Origin: a virus
Virus record (IMG/VR): IMGVR_UViG_2225789004_000002
Span: 1-38,853 of that record
DNA: 38,853 nt
Reading direction: 5' to 3' (one strand)
A program made the translations under genes and the position numbers. Position 1 is the stretch's first letter. Every line of letters starts with the position of its first letter. The notes under the pieces are model-generated. The model was not told the DNA's origin, searched no databases, and saw only the letters and a list, made by a program, of their open reading frames with translations. Shown here piece by piece: positions 1 to 7,845 of this stretch.

Positions 1-324
1 ATAGGTTCAAGCGGAAATTCTGCAAAGATAGGTTCAAGTGGATATTCTGCACAGATAGGTTCAAGCGGAAATTCTGCAAAGATAGGTTCAAGCGGAAATT
101 CTGCACAGATAGGTTCAAGCGGAAATTCTGCAAAGATAGGTTCAAGTGGATATTCTGCACAGATAGGTTCAAGCGGAGATTCTGCAAAGATAGGTTCAAG
201 TGGATATTCTGCACAGATAGGTTCAAGCGGAGATTATGCAAAGATAGGTTCAAGTGGATATTCTGCAAAGATAGGTTCAAGCGGATATTCTGCACAGATA
301 GATATAAGTGGAAATTCTGCAATA
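1..324 (+). repeat. 12 tandem 27-nt units, in frame, encoding IGSSG(N/Y/D)SA(K/Q) nonapeptides; the last unit is degenerate
   Basis: Direct reading: ataggttcaagYggaNattctgcaMag repeated head to tail with no spacers, frame 1 open throughout. Confidence 0.95.
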
Positions 325-969
325 CTTGCAGATTGTGGGTACTTATCAAAAGTAAAAGCTAAAAAAGGAACATGGGTAACATTGTCGGAATTTAAAGAAG
401 TAAATAATGATAGAAATCACTATCTGAAACCAATTTTTATGAAGGTAGTACAAATAGGAAACAAAGAATATCTTGATGCTTATAATAAAGTTTTGGATGA
501 AGATAAATATTACACATTACACAATAAAGAGTTTTACGAAGTGGATATTAGCGATGGAGTAGAGACAATTATAATATCACATAAAAAGAAAAGTGATTTA
601 GACATTTATAAAATAAAGATGAATGATACTAACAAATGGTTTAAGAATTTTGATAAAAATGGATATTTGGTTAAAAGAAATGGATTGAATGCACATGGAG
701 ATACATTAAAAAAAGCAATGGAAGATTTGGAATACAAAATTTTAGCAGATAAAGAAGTAGCGGAACATATTGAAAGAATAAAAGAACAGGGATATGTTAC
801 AAGAACAGATTATAGAGCAATAACAGGAGCTTGTGAAATGGGAGTAGAACAATTCTGTAAAGAAAAAGGAATAGAGAATAAGAAAAAAATTAAGATAGAA
901 GAGTTAATAGGGATATTAGAAGACAGATACTTTGGAGCAGAGAAATTTAAAGAGTTATTAAGAAAATAA
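1..969 (+). CDS. Nonapeptide-repeat protein, C-terminal part (5' end at 38613 across the circular junction)
   Basis: Frame 1 is open from nt 1 to the stop at 967-969. The ORF-track start at 382 is an internal TTG. The repeat reading frame matches the ORF that starts at 38613. Confidence 0.8.
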   Translation: MGSSGNSAKIGSSGYSAQIGSSGNSAKIGSSGNSAQIGSSGNSAKIGSSGYSAQIGSSGDSAKIGSSGYSAQIGSSGDYAKIGSSGYSAKIGSSGYSAQIDISGNSAILADCGYLSKVKAKKGTWVTLSEFKEVNNDRNHYLKPIFMKVVQIGNKEYLDAYNKVLDEDKYYTLHNKEFYEVDISDGVETIIISHKKKSDLDIYKIKMNDTNKWFKNFDKNGYLVKRNGLNAHGDTLKKAMEDLEYKILADKEVAEHIERIKEQGYVTRTDYRAITGACEMGVEQFCKEKGIENKKKIKIEELIGILEDRYFGAEKFKELLRK

Positions 970-981
970 GTAGAAATACAA

Positions 982-1203
982 ATGAAAATACCAAAGATAA
1001 TAAGTAAAAACAATCATGAGTACATATTTATAAAAGCATATCCAAGTCATGTACTATATAGAGATTTGATAACAGGAATACTAGAATGCTTTTTAAAACA
1101 AGATTTAATTATTTTAGAGAGAAGAAGAAAGAATAAAGACCCGAAAGCATATTGGAAAGATGAAAAATTAATAAAGGTTAATTTAGAAGAAGTGGAGGAA
1201 TAG
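982..1203 (+). CDS. hypothetical early protein
   Basis: 73-aa ORF packed co-directionally with its neighbours; weak RBS. Confidence 0.5.
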   Translation: MKIPKIISKNNHEYIFIKAYPSHVLYRDLITGILECFLKQDLIILERRRKNKDPKAYWKDEKLIKVNLEEVEE

Positions 1204-1206
1204 AGT

Positions 1207-1377
1207 ATGTGTGAATATTGTGGAGATAAGAGAAAAATTACAAGTGGGCAATTTGAAGTAGAAATAAAAGGAACTCTTTTAAATATTGGTAATGAATGCT
1301 CAGAAGGATGCGGATATGATTGGGAAGAATTTAGTATAAACTATTGTCCAATATGTGGAAAGAAGTTAGGAGAGTGA
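1207..1377 (+). CDS. small zinc-ribbon protein (56 aa)
   Basis: MCEYCG...YCPICGKK: two CxxC pairs. ATG lies 4 nt after the previous stop. Below the ORF-track size cutoff. Confidence 0.55.
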   Translation: MCEYCGDKRKITSGQFEVEIKGTLLNIGNECSEGCGYDWEEFSINYCPICGKKLGE

Positions 1378-1382
1378 GTAAT

Positions 1383-1922
1383 ATGACAGGAGAAGAATTA
1401 GAAAGATTAAATAAGCTGTGTGAAAAAAACAATAATGATAATTATATAAGAGCAGAATGGCTAGGAATAACCAATATAGAAGCAATAGAAACCTTATTAA
1501 AAGAGCTAGAAGAAAAAGACAAGATAATATCAAAACTCGAATTTAATTTAACAGCAATAGATATGGAAAGAAAAGAAGCAAATAGAAAACTAGATGAAGT
1601 ACAAGGTGTTGCAGCAGGGCTATATAAAAAGGTAGAAGAATTAGAACAGGAAAATGCACAATTAAGAAAAATGTGTGAACTTGGAACAGAAGAGGAAGAA
1701 ACGTTAATATTGGAAGCTTTAAGCAAAGAAATGGACTTAGATTTAATGCACAAAATACATGGCAGTACAGATAAGCAAGCATTATTAAATAAACTAGATG
1801 AAGATATAAAAAAATTACCAGAAAAAGCAATAAAACAAAAATATTTAAGTCATGAAAGAGGTATTGTCAACGGGAAATTACAATATGCTGAAGAGATAAA
1901 AGACTTTATAGAGAAAGGATAG
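1383..1922 (+). CDS. coiled-coil hypothetical protein
   Basis: ATG at 1383 preceded by GGAGAG. Heptad-like charged sequence. The ORF-track start at 1344 overlaps the upstream gene. Confidence 0.6.
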   Translation: MTGEELERLNKLCEKNNNDNYIRAEWLGITNIEAIETLLKELEEKDKIISKLEFNLTAIDMERKEANRKLDEVQGVAAGLYKKVEELEQENAQLRKMCELGTEEEETLILEALSKEMDLDLMHKIHGSTDKQALLNKLDEDIKKLPEKAIKQKYLSHERGIVNGKLQYAEEIKDFIEKG

Positions 1923-1926
1923 ATAT

Positions 1927-2310
1927 ATGAATATAGAAGCAGGAGATTATATAAGAACGAGAGGCGGGCATTTTCACAAAATTATAAGAATAGATAATAA
2001 TGGATTGTTTTATTGGAAACATGAAAATGGAAGTGAAATTGCATGTGGTTATAGTTTAGAACAAATAGAAGGCATAATAACAAAGCATTCAAAAAACATA
2101 ATAGACTTATTACAAGTGGGAGATTTTGTTAATAAAAAACAATTGATAGATATAGTACATGATACAGATAGACATTCCGTAAGAACAGATTTTAATAATT
2201 TGATATATGAAGAGTTAATAAACAAAGATATTAAGAGCATAGTAACAAAAGAACAATATAAAAATGCAGAGTATATAGTAAAGGAGCAAAATAGATGCAA
2301 TTTATTGTAA
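1927..2310 (+). CDS. hypothetical protein
   Basis: 127-aa ORF, RBS GAAAGGA upstream. Confidence 0.6.
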   Translation: MNIEAGDYIRTRGGHFHKIIRIDNNGLFYWKHENGSEIACGYSLEQIEGIITKHSKNIIDLLQVGDFVNKKQLIDIVHDTDRHSVRTDFNNLIYEELINKDIKSIVTKEQYKNAEYIVKEQNRCNLL

Positions 2311-2486
2311 AAATTAAAGGTAAAGAGAAATACTTAAAAGATGGAGGATTTGAAACAGACAATATTGATGAGGCATTAGTACATAATAGTTTTGAAGATG
2401 CAAAAGAAGAAATATCTAGCGCTGACAATCCTTTTGAATACAGTATTGTTAGAGTAATAATAAAAGAGCAATATTGCTCATTCTAA
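2295..2486 (+). CDS. hypothetical protein
   Basis: 63-aa ORF, RBS AAGGAG 8 nt upstream, overlaps the upstream stop. Confidence 0.55.
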   Translation: MQFIVKIKGKEKYLKDGGFETDNIDEALVHNSFEDAKEEISSADNPFEYSIVRVIIKEQYCSF

Positions 2487-2594
2487 AAAAAAGTGGGTGC
2501 TAGCGAGTATAACTCAGCCAAGTGTGTGTATTGATAAAACTCCGCACACAGCCCACATTATTATATATTAGAGGTAGTGAAAGGAGAATAGTAT

Positions 2595-3041
2595 ATGGAA
2601 GAAATAATAATAGAAGGATATATAACAAATCCTGATGCTTATAGTGATGATACTGGAATTGCAATAAAAGAAGAAAAAGAAGATTGCTATTATAGATGTT
2701 TAGCCAGCGAGATAGCATATAAGTTAGAGAATTATAACAAATATGAAGAAAAGGAAGATGACTTTGCAGGAGGAATAGATAGAAAAGCAATAATAGAAAA
2801 TGTTCAATTTAAAATTTATTCAGACAATGAAAAAGGTACATTAGAAGAAATAAAAGAGAAAAATGTCAGAAAAATGATAGGAGACTTAGATATAGAAGTA
2901 CAATGGACTGGCTATTCAGAATATACAATATTAGGTTATGATGTTGAAAATTTTACAATAGGAAATCATGATTTAGAAAAAATCTTTAAAGAATATATAG
3001 GCAAATATGTAATTATATTAATTAAAGTAGGAGGAGAATAG
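2595..3041 (+). CDS. highly acidic hypothetical protein
   Basis: 148 aa rich in D/E, RBS AAAGGAG. Confidence 0.6.
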   Translation: MEEIIIEGYITNPDAYSDDTGIAIKEEKEDCYYRCLASEIAYKLENYNKYEEKEDDFAGGIDRKAIIENVQFKIYSDNEKGTLEEIKEKNVRKMIGDLDIEVQWTGYSEYTILGYDVENFTIGNHDLEKIFKEYIGKYVIILIKVGGE

Positions 3042-3047
3042 AAGTAT

Positions 3048-3227
3048 ATGAGCATAACAAAAGAAGGTAAATATTATTATATACAATGCGATAATTGCAG
3101 TTATCATTCAGAAGAATACGACACATGGGAAGATGCAAAAGACAGTAAAAAAGCAAATGGATTTAAGCCAGTAAAAATAGGAGATATATGGTTAGATGAA
3201 TGTTCTAGCTGTAGGGAGGAGAAATAA
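3048..3227 (+). CDS. small Cys-pair protein (59 aa)
   Basis: MSITKEGKYYYIQCDNC...DECSSC: two CxxC pairs. RBS GGAGGAG upstream. Confidence 0.55.
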   Translation: MSITKEGKYYYIQCDNCSYHSEEYDTWEDAKDSKKANGFKPVKIGDIWLDECSSCREEK

Positions 3228-3228
3228 A

Positions 3229-3699
3229 ATGAATAATTTAGATAAAATAAAAAAGCTAGAAGCGGAATTGGAAGAATTAAAAAAAGAAATTCAAGGGAAT
3301 AAGAATTGGAAGCCTAAATATGAAGAGATTTATTGGTATGTAGACGATTGTGGAGATGCCTACACCAGCACTTGGGAAGACCGTAATACTGATAAAGGAA
3401 GATGGGAAATTGAAAATGTATTTAAAACAGAACCAAAAGCGAAAGAAGCATCAGAAAAACAAAAGATTAGAATAGAACTAGAAAGATTTGCAAAAGAAAA
3501 TAATGAGGAGATAGATTGGACAGATTACAGTCAAGAAAAATATTATATTTTTTATGATTACGACAATAAGAAATTTGATGTTATCAGTATGGCAAGAGGA
3601 TGGCAGCATATAAATCAAATATTTTTTACTGATGGGGAAGTTGCGCTAAAAGCAATAGAAACAATAGGAGAAGAAAGACTAAAGAAATTATTAATGTAG
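3229..3699 (+). CDS. hypothetical protein with N-terminal coiled coil
   Basis: ATG at 3229 follows GGGAGGAG. The ORF-track start at 3196 overlaps the previous gene. Confidence 0.6.
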   Translation: MNNLDKIKKLEAELEELKKEIQGNKNWKPKYEEIYWYVDDCGDAYTSTWEDRNTDKGRWEIENVFKTEPKAKEASEKQKIRIELERFAKENNEEIDWTDYSQEKYYIFYDYDNKKFDVISMARGWQHINQIFFTDGEVALKAIETIGEERLKKLLM

Positions 3700-3711
3700 G
3701 AGGATAAAAGA

Positions 3712-3822
3712 ATGTATATAAGCCAATTTTGGTGTGGAGTAATAGTAACAATAGTGGCAGAAATACTTTTAATAATAGGATTTGCTATACAGCAAACAAT
3801 GAAAGATAAAGAAAAGAAGTGA
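3712..3822 (+). CDS. small membrane peptide (36 aa)
   Basis: MYISQFWCGVIVTIVAEILLIIGFAIQQ: one hydrophobic helix. RBS GGAGGA upstream. Confidence 0.45.
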   Translation: MYISQFWCGVIVTIVAEILLIIGFAIQQTMKDKEKK

Positions 3823-3827
3823 TATAT

Positions 3828-4097
3828 ATGGTACATGATTATGATAGAAACATAGTAGTAATAGAAGGTGAGACAATAGAGTTATCTAAAATGGAAAACA
3901 TAATACTTGAAGAACTGTTAAAGAATAAAAATGGAGTAGTAAAGTATGAAAAGTTACGAGAATTAATTTATGGAGACATAGAAATGGACAAGTGCCTTCT
4001 TCAAAATATAAGCTTAAGAATTTGTAGACTAAAAAAGAAGTTAAAAGGGGAATTAAAAACAAGAACAATTATAGGGCTAGGCTATAGAATAGACTAG
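3828..4097 (+). CDS. stand-alone OmpR/PhoB-type winged-helix DNA-binding protein
   Basis: Pattern ...IELSKMENIILEELLKNKNGVV...LQNISLRICRLKKKL......IIGLGYRI matches the Trans_reg_C effector-domain layout. No receiver domain is present. Confidence 0.6.
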   Translation: MVHDYDRNIVVIEGETIELSKMENIILEELLKNKNGVVKYEKLRELIYGDIEMDKCLLQNISLRICRLKKKLKGELKTRTIIGLGYRID

Positions 4098-4133
4098 ACA
4101 AATTAAAAGAATAGAGGATGGAGAGTGAGAAAA

Positions 4134-4346
4134 ATGAAATGGTATTTAATAACAAGTAAAGGTGATGATTATGGAGCAGTTGTAAAATACTTGATACATT
4201 GTAAAAAAAGCAAAATAAAACATGTATATTACTATGAAGAAGTTCCGACAGAGGATATAGAAGTATTAAAAAAATATTTTGACGAATTACAAGATATGGG
4301 GCTTAGTGAAGAGGAGATACAAGAAATATTAGAAGAAATGGAATAG
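4134..4346 (+). CDS. hypothetical protein
   Basis: ATG at 4134 with GGATGGAGAG upstream; acidic C-terminus. Confidence 0.55.
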   Translation: MKWYLITSKGDDYGAVVKYLIHCKKSKIKHVYYYEEVPTEDIEVLKKYFDELQDMGLSEEEIQEILEEME

Positions 4347-4370
4347 AGGAGAATAGAGGAGGGTAAATAG

Positions 4371-4559
4371 ATGGGAAAACAAATAATAGTTGCAAATATT
4401 GAAACAGGAGAAAGAAGTGTTTTTGAAAACAATATGAAGGGAGTTACTGGCTTCATGTTTTTAGTGAATAATGAGCTTATGAATATGAAGGACTGTAATA
4501 TACGAATTGGAGAATTAGGAAAAGGTTGGGGTAAAGGAAGAGAAGGGGAGGAAAAGTAA
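4371..4559 (+). CDS. hypothetical protein
   Basis: 62-aa ORF, RBS GGAGGG upstream. Confidence 0.5.
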   Translation: MGKQIIVANIETGERSVFENNMKGVTGFMFLVNNELMNMKDCNIRIGELGKGWGKGREGEEK

Positions 4560-4560
4560 T

Positions 4561-4728
4561 ATGTTAAATAAAATAATATTTTGTATATTTTGGATAATAA
4601 CATTACCATTAACAATTATATATTCAATAGGCATTATAATAATTGACTTAATAGATATAACAGGAGAGATATTTACAGAAAATGTTGATAAAGTAATAGA
4701 TTGGTGGAAAGAGAAATTAAATATATAA
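4561..4728 (+). CDS. small membrane protein (55 aa)
   Basis: MLNKIIFCIFWIITLPLTIIYSIGIIIIDL: hydrophobic. ATG immediately follows the previous stop. Confidence 0.45.
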   Translation: MLNKIIFCIFWIITLPLTIIYSIGIIIIDLIDITGEIFTENVDKVIDWWKEKLNI

Positions 4729-4761
4729 AGATTTTAGGCTAAAGATAAGGAGGATATAGAT

Positions 4762-5256
4762 ATGACAAGAGAACAGGACATAAACAAAGAGCTAAAAGAT
4801 TATAAGAAGAATAAAGGCAAAATAGAAGTTGCAGAGGAACGTTGTAGATATTGGCAAGAATGTTTAGATACTATGGGTGATGATGAAATAGCAAGAGAAT
4901 TTGAAAACACACCACCAGATGACAGATATGGAATGCCTAAAGCAAAAGACAACAATAGTCCTGTAGAAGGAACTTTAGTTAACACAGAAGTTACAAGAGA
5001 AATGGTGAAACAATGGATAAAAGATGACCAGTCAAGAATAAAGCCATTAAAATTCAAAATAGAGCAATTAGACATAGCTTTAGGCTCACTAGATGAAAAA
5101 GAACACTATATAATAGACTGCAAATGTATAGATGGTTGGAAATGGTGGCAAGTAGAAATTGGATACAATGAAAAGTTTAAAACAGAAATCCAGGAAAGCA
5201 GATTAAAACAGATAAAAATACAGGCAATAAGTAAGTTAAAAGCTATAATCAATTAG
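4762..5256 (+). CDS. putative late-gene transcriptional activator (RinA/ArpU-like)
   Basis: 164 aa and the last gene before the packaging module. N-terminal L.DYKKNK..IE pattern and C-terminal helix layout resemble RinA/ArpU regulators. Confidence 0.5.
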   Translation: MTREQDINKELKDYKKNKGKIEVAEERCRYWQECLDTMGDDEIAREFENTPPDDRYGMPKAKDNNSPVEGTLVNTEVTREMVKQWIKDDQSRIKPLKFKIEQLDIALGSLDEKEHYIIDCKCIDGWKWWQVEIGYNEKFKTEIQESRLKQIKIQAISKLKAIIN

Positions 5257-5428
5257 ATTATACAAAAGATATACGAAAGTTATACATAAAGTACACAAAA
5301 AACCAAAAACAATGTGTTATGATGTTAATAGCTAAAGAAGTAGTACAGAATAAGTATAGAACCTCAGTTATATAGATTTTGTATAAAAGGCATTCTTGTT
5401 TAAAACAGGAGTGTCTTTTACCTATTAT

Positions 5429-5503
5429 AGTAAATAAGGTGTAAAGGTATGCACACTTGTTTTGGGTACAAGGGGAGTGGTTCAAGTCCAATATTTACTA
5501 CCA
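5429..5503 (+). tRNA. tRNA-like gene, anticodon UGG (Pro), non-canonical junctions
   Basis: Perfect 7-bp acceptor (agtaaat/atttact) followed by A-CCA. D stem gtgt/gcac with GG in the loop. 5-bp anticodon stem cttgt/acaag with loop tttgggt. T arm agtgg-ttcaagt-ccaat has 1 mismatch. There are 3 nt at positions 8-9 and only a 3-nt variable loop. Confidence 0.45.
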
Positions 5504-5617
5504 GATGTTATTAATAAATACTAGATAATATTAATATAGAGTTTATAAGAGATTTTCCTTTCTTGAAGATGAGGTGGACAGAAACATTCTAGTTAGTTTC
5601 TAATAAGGGAAAAACAT

Positions 5618-5788
5618 ATGAAATATAGTAGAGATAACAGAATAGCATACAAAGAAGCAATATGCTTAGAATGCAAAGCAACATGTAACAATGAAATAGA
5701 AGTGTCAGATGAAATAGTCAGATGTTTAGATTACATAAAACGAGAACAAATAGCTAGAAATCCTAAAAATGGTTTATTGAAGCTGTAA
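5618..5788 (+). CDS. small Cys-containing protein (56 aa)
   Basis: MKYSRDNRIAYKEAICLECKATC...; ATG preceded by AAGGGA. Confidence 0.45.
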   Translation: MKYSRDNRIAYKEAICLECKATCNNEIEVSDEIVRCLDYIKREQIARNPKNGLLKL

Positions 5789-5846
5789 GGTTAGGTGAAT
5801 TTTTATGGGGGTTTTACTTTTAGAAAAATAGGGGGACATAATATAT

Positions 5847-6089
5847 ATGATAGATATAATATTAACAATTATAGGAGCAATAACAGTAATAGCAATAATA
5901 ACTAAAATAGGCTTAGATATATTGTTTAATAAGTTAGAGTTACAAAAGCCATTTATTAAATCAACAGAGTGGAAAGCAAAATTAGGAGAAAATGGGAATG
6001 AAAATGTATTTTGTTTGCCAAATAAAAAAATGCAATATTGTGTTGATGAGGCTATGAAGTTTGATAAGGAAATTGTTTTAAAAAAGTAG
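5847..6089 (+). CDS. membrane-anchored hypothetical protein
   Basis: N-terminal MIDIILTIIGAITVIAIITKIGL hydrophobic helix; RBS GGGGGA. Confidence 0.55.
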   Translation: MIDIILTIIGAITVIAIITKIGLDILFNKLELQKPFIKSTEWKAKLGENGNENVFCLPNKKMQYCVDEAMKFDKEIVLKK

Positions 6090-6554
6090 GTGAAGGAGTT
6101 GGCTAAATATGATTGGAAGCAGTTAGAGAAAGAATATATATTGAGTGAACATAAAAGTGTAAGTCAATATATAAAAAATAAAAAAATTCCTTACAATGGA
6201 ACAACAAAACTTAAAACAAAAGGATGGTCAGAAAAAAAGAGACTAAAAGAAGACCAAAAGGCAACTGAAATTATAGAAAGAGTTACAGAAATAGAAATAG
6301 AAAAAGAAGTAGATATAAATACCAGACATTTAAACTTATATGATAGATTTTTGGACATAATGGAAAAGAGCTTTAAGAATCCAAATGAAATAAACTATAT
6401 TGGAATAACAGACTATGAAAAGTTAAAGAAGATGGCAGACATATTGGAAAAGGTTCAAAAGGGTCAAAGATTAGCTAAAGGACTTGATAAAGAAACAGAC
6501 CAAAGTGCATTAGAAAAACTAGACAAGTTATTAGAGGAGCAGAGAAATGCTTAA
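6090..6554 (+). CDS. terS: putative terminase small subunit
   Basis: 154 aa directly upstream of terL and overlapping it. Basic N-terminal region, coiled C-terminus. GTG start. Confidence 0.55.
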   Translation: MKELAKYDWKQLEKEYILSEHKSVSQYIKNKKIPYNGTTKLKTKGWSEKKRLKEDQKATEIIERVTEIEIEKEVDINTRHLNLYDRFLDIMEKSFKNPNEINYIGITDYEKLKKMADILEKVQKGQRLAKGLDKETDQSALEKLDKLLEEQRNA

Positions 6555-7839
6555 ATGGACTAATAAACAAAGAGAATATTTAAAAAAGGCTAATCATAGA
6601 TGGAACTTTAAAGTAGGTGCTGTAAGAAGCGGAAAAACATTTCAAGATAAAGAGCATGTAATCCCTGAAAGAATTAGGGAAAGAATAGGAAAAGATGGAC
6701 TATGTGCTTTAATAGGAGTAACAGAAGCAACGCTAGAGCGTAATGTATTAAGACCTATGAGGGATAAATTTGGAATAAAATTAGTTGGAAGAATAAATCA
6801 AAACAAGGTTTGGTTATTTGGTGAAGAGTGCTATGCTCTTGGAGCAGAAAAAATAAGTCAAGTGTCAAAAATACAGGGGACTAGTTTCAAGTATGTATAT
6901 GGTGATGAAGTAGCAAAATGGCATCAAGATGTATTTGATATGGTTAAGTCAAGGTTAGACCAAGAATATTCATTATTTGATGGAACTTGTAACCCAGAAC
7001 ATGCAGGACATTGGTTAAAGAAGTTTCTAGATAGTGATGCTGACACTTATGTACAACATTATATAATTGATGATAATACAGTTCTTTTAAAAGAACGACC
7101 ATATGTTGTTGAAAACATGAAAAAAGAATATCAAGGCACAGTAAAATATGACAGATACATATTAGGGCTATGGGTAAATGCAGAAGGAATTATATACAGT
7201 AAATTTGCAAATACTCCAGACAAATACAAAATGCAATATAAAGCAGAAAAAGACCAATTCAATAGATGGACAGATAATCTGCCAAAAGGATATACAGTAA
7301 TAGGAATAGATTATGGTGGGACTAAATCAGGACAAGCATTTGTATGTACTAGAATAAGCCAAGATTATACAAAAGTTATTACATTAGCAACTAGAAGAAT
7401 AACAAAGGCAATGGACGATAAAGAGTTGTTAAAAGCTCAATTAGAATTTATAGAATACTGCATGATTAAGTTTCATACTAATATAGATTATATATATCCA
7501 GATTGCGCAGAAAGTACACATATAAGAAGTTTAGACAATGCAATAAGGGATAAAGGTTGGGATATTATAGTGAGAGGCTCAAAGAAAGAACTGATTAATT
7601 TAAGAATAGATACAATGCAGAAGATGTTAAGTTATGACATCTTTTTTTATGTGGATGGAGAATGTGACAGTTTAGTTGAGGCTTTAAAAACAGCGTTGTG
7701 GGATAGCAAGAAATTAGAAGATGAAAGACTAGATGATTTTACAACAGATATAGATAGTTTAGATGCATTTGAATATTCATTTGAAAGAGATATGAAGAGA
7801 ATTATAGATGCAATAGATATGGAAAAGGTTAGGGGTTGA
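6547..7839 (+). CDS. terL: terminase large subunit (PBSX/Terminase_3-like)
   Basis: Walker A VGAVRSGKT, Walker B-like KYVYGDE, nuclease-region GIDYGG...D motifs; 430 aa; upstream of portal. Confidence 0.9.
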   Translation: MLKWTNKQREYLKKANHRWNFKVGAVRSGKTFQDKEHVIPERIRERIGKDGLCALIGVTEATLERNVLRPMRDKFGIKLVGRINQNKVWLFGEECYALGAEKISQVSKIQGTSFKYVYGDEVAKWHQDVFDMVKSRLDQEYSLFDGTCNPEHAGHWLKKFLDSDADTYVQHYIIDDNTVLLKERPYVVENMKKEYQGTVKYDRYILGLWVNAEGIIYSKFANTPDKYKMQYKAEKDQFNRWTDNLPKGYTVIGIDYGGTKSGQAFVCTRISQDYTKVITLATRRITKAMDDKELLKAQLEFIEYCMIKFHTNIDYIYPDCAESTHIRSLDNAIRDKGWDIIVRGSKKELINLRIDTMQKMLSYDIFFYVDGECDSLVEALKTALWDSKKLEDERLDDFTTDIDSLDAFEYSFERDMKRIIDAIDMEKVRG

Positions 7840-7845
7840 TAATAA

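Noticed and set aside
1-324. The regular 27-nt repeats at both window ends could be taken for a CRISPR array
   Set aside because: The units are directly adjacent with no spacers. They are in frame within a long ORF and encode a coherent nonapeptide repeat. No leader or cas genes are present.
2493-2556. Tested the GC-rich stem-loop cluster as a second tRNA
   Set aside because: It is only ~64 nt and has no T-loop (no TTC-R-A motif), no CCA and no 7-nt anticodon loop.
5258-5491. Minus-strand 77-aa ORF in the activator-terS gap
   Set aside because: It has no RBS and an odd composition, and it overlaps the tRNA-like cloverleaf on the other strand.
5429-5503. The idea that the phage tRNA-like gene is the suppressor that decodes CGG-A
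   Set aside because: Its anticodon loop is a normal 7 nt with UGG. It has no complementarity to CGG or CGGA, so it does not explain the frame breaks.
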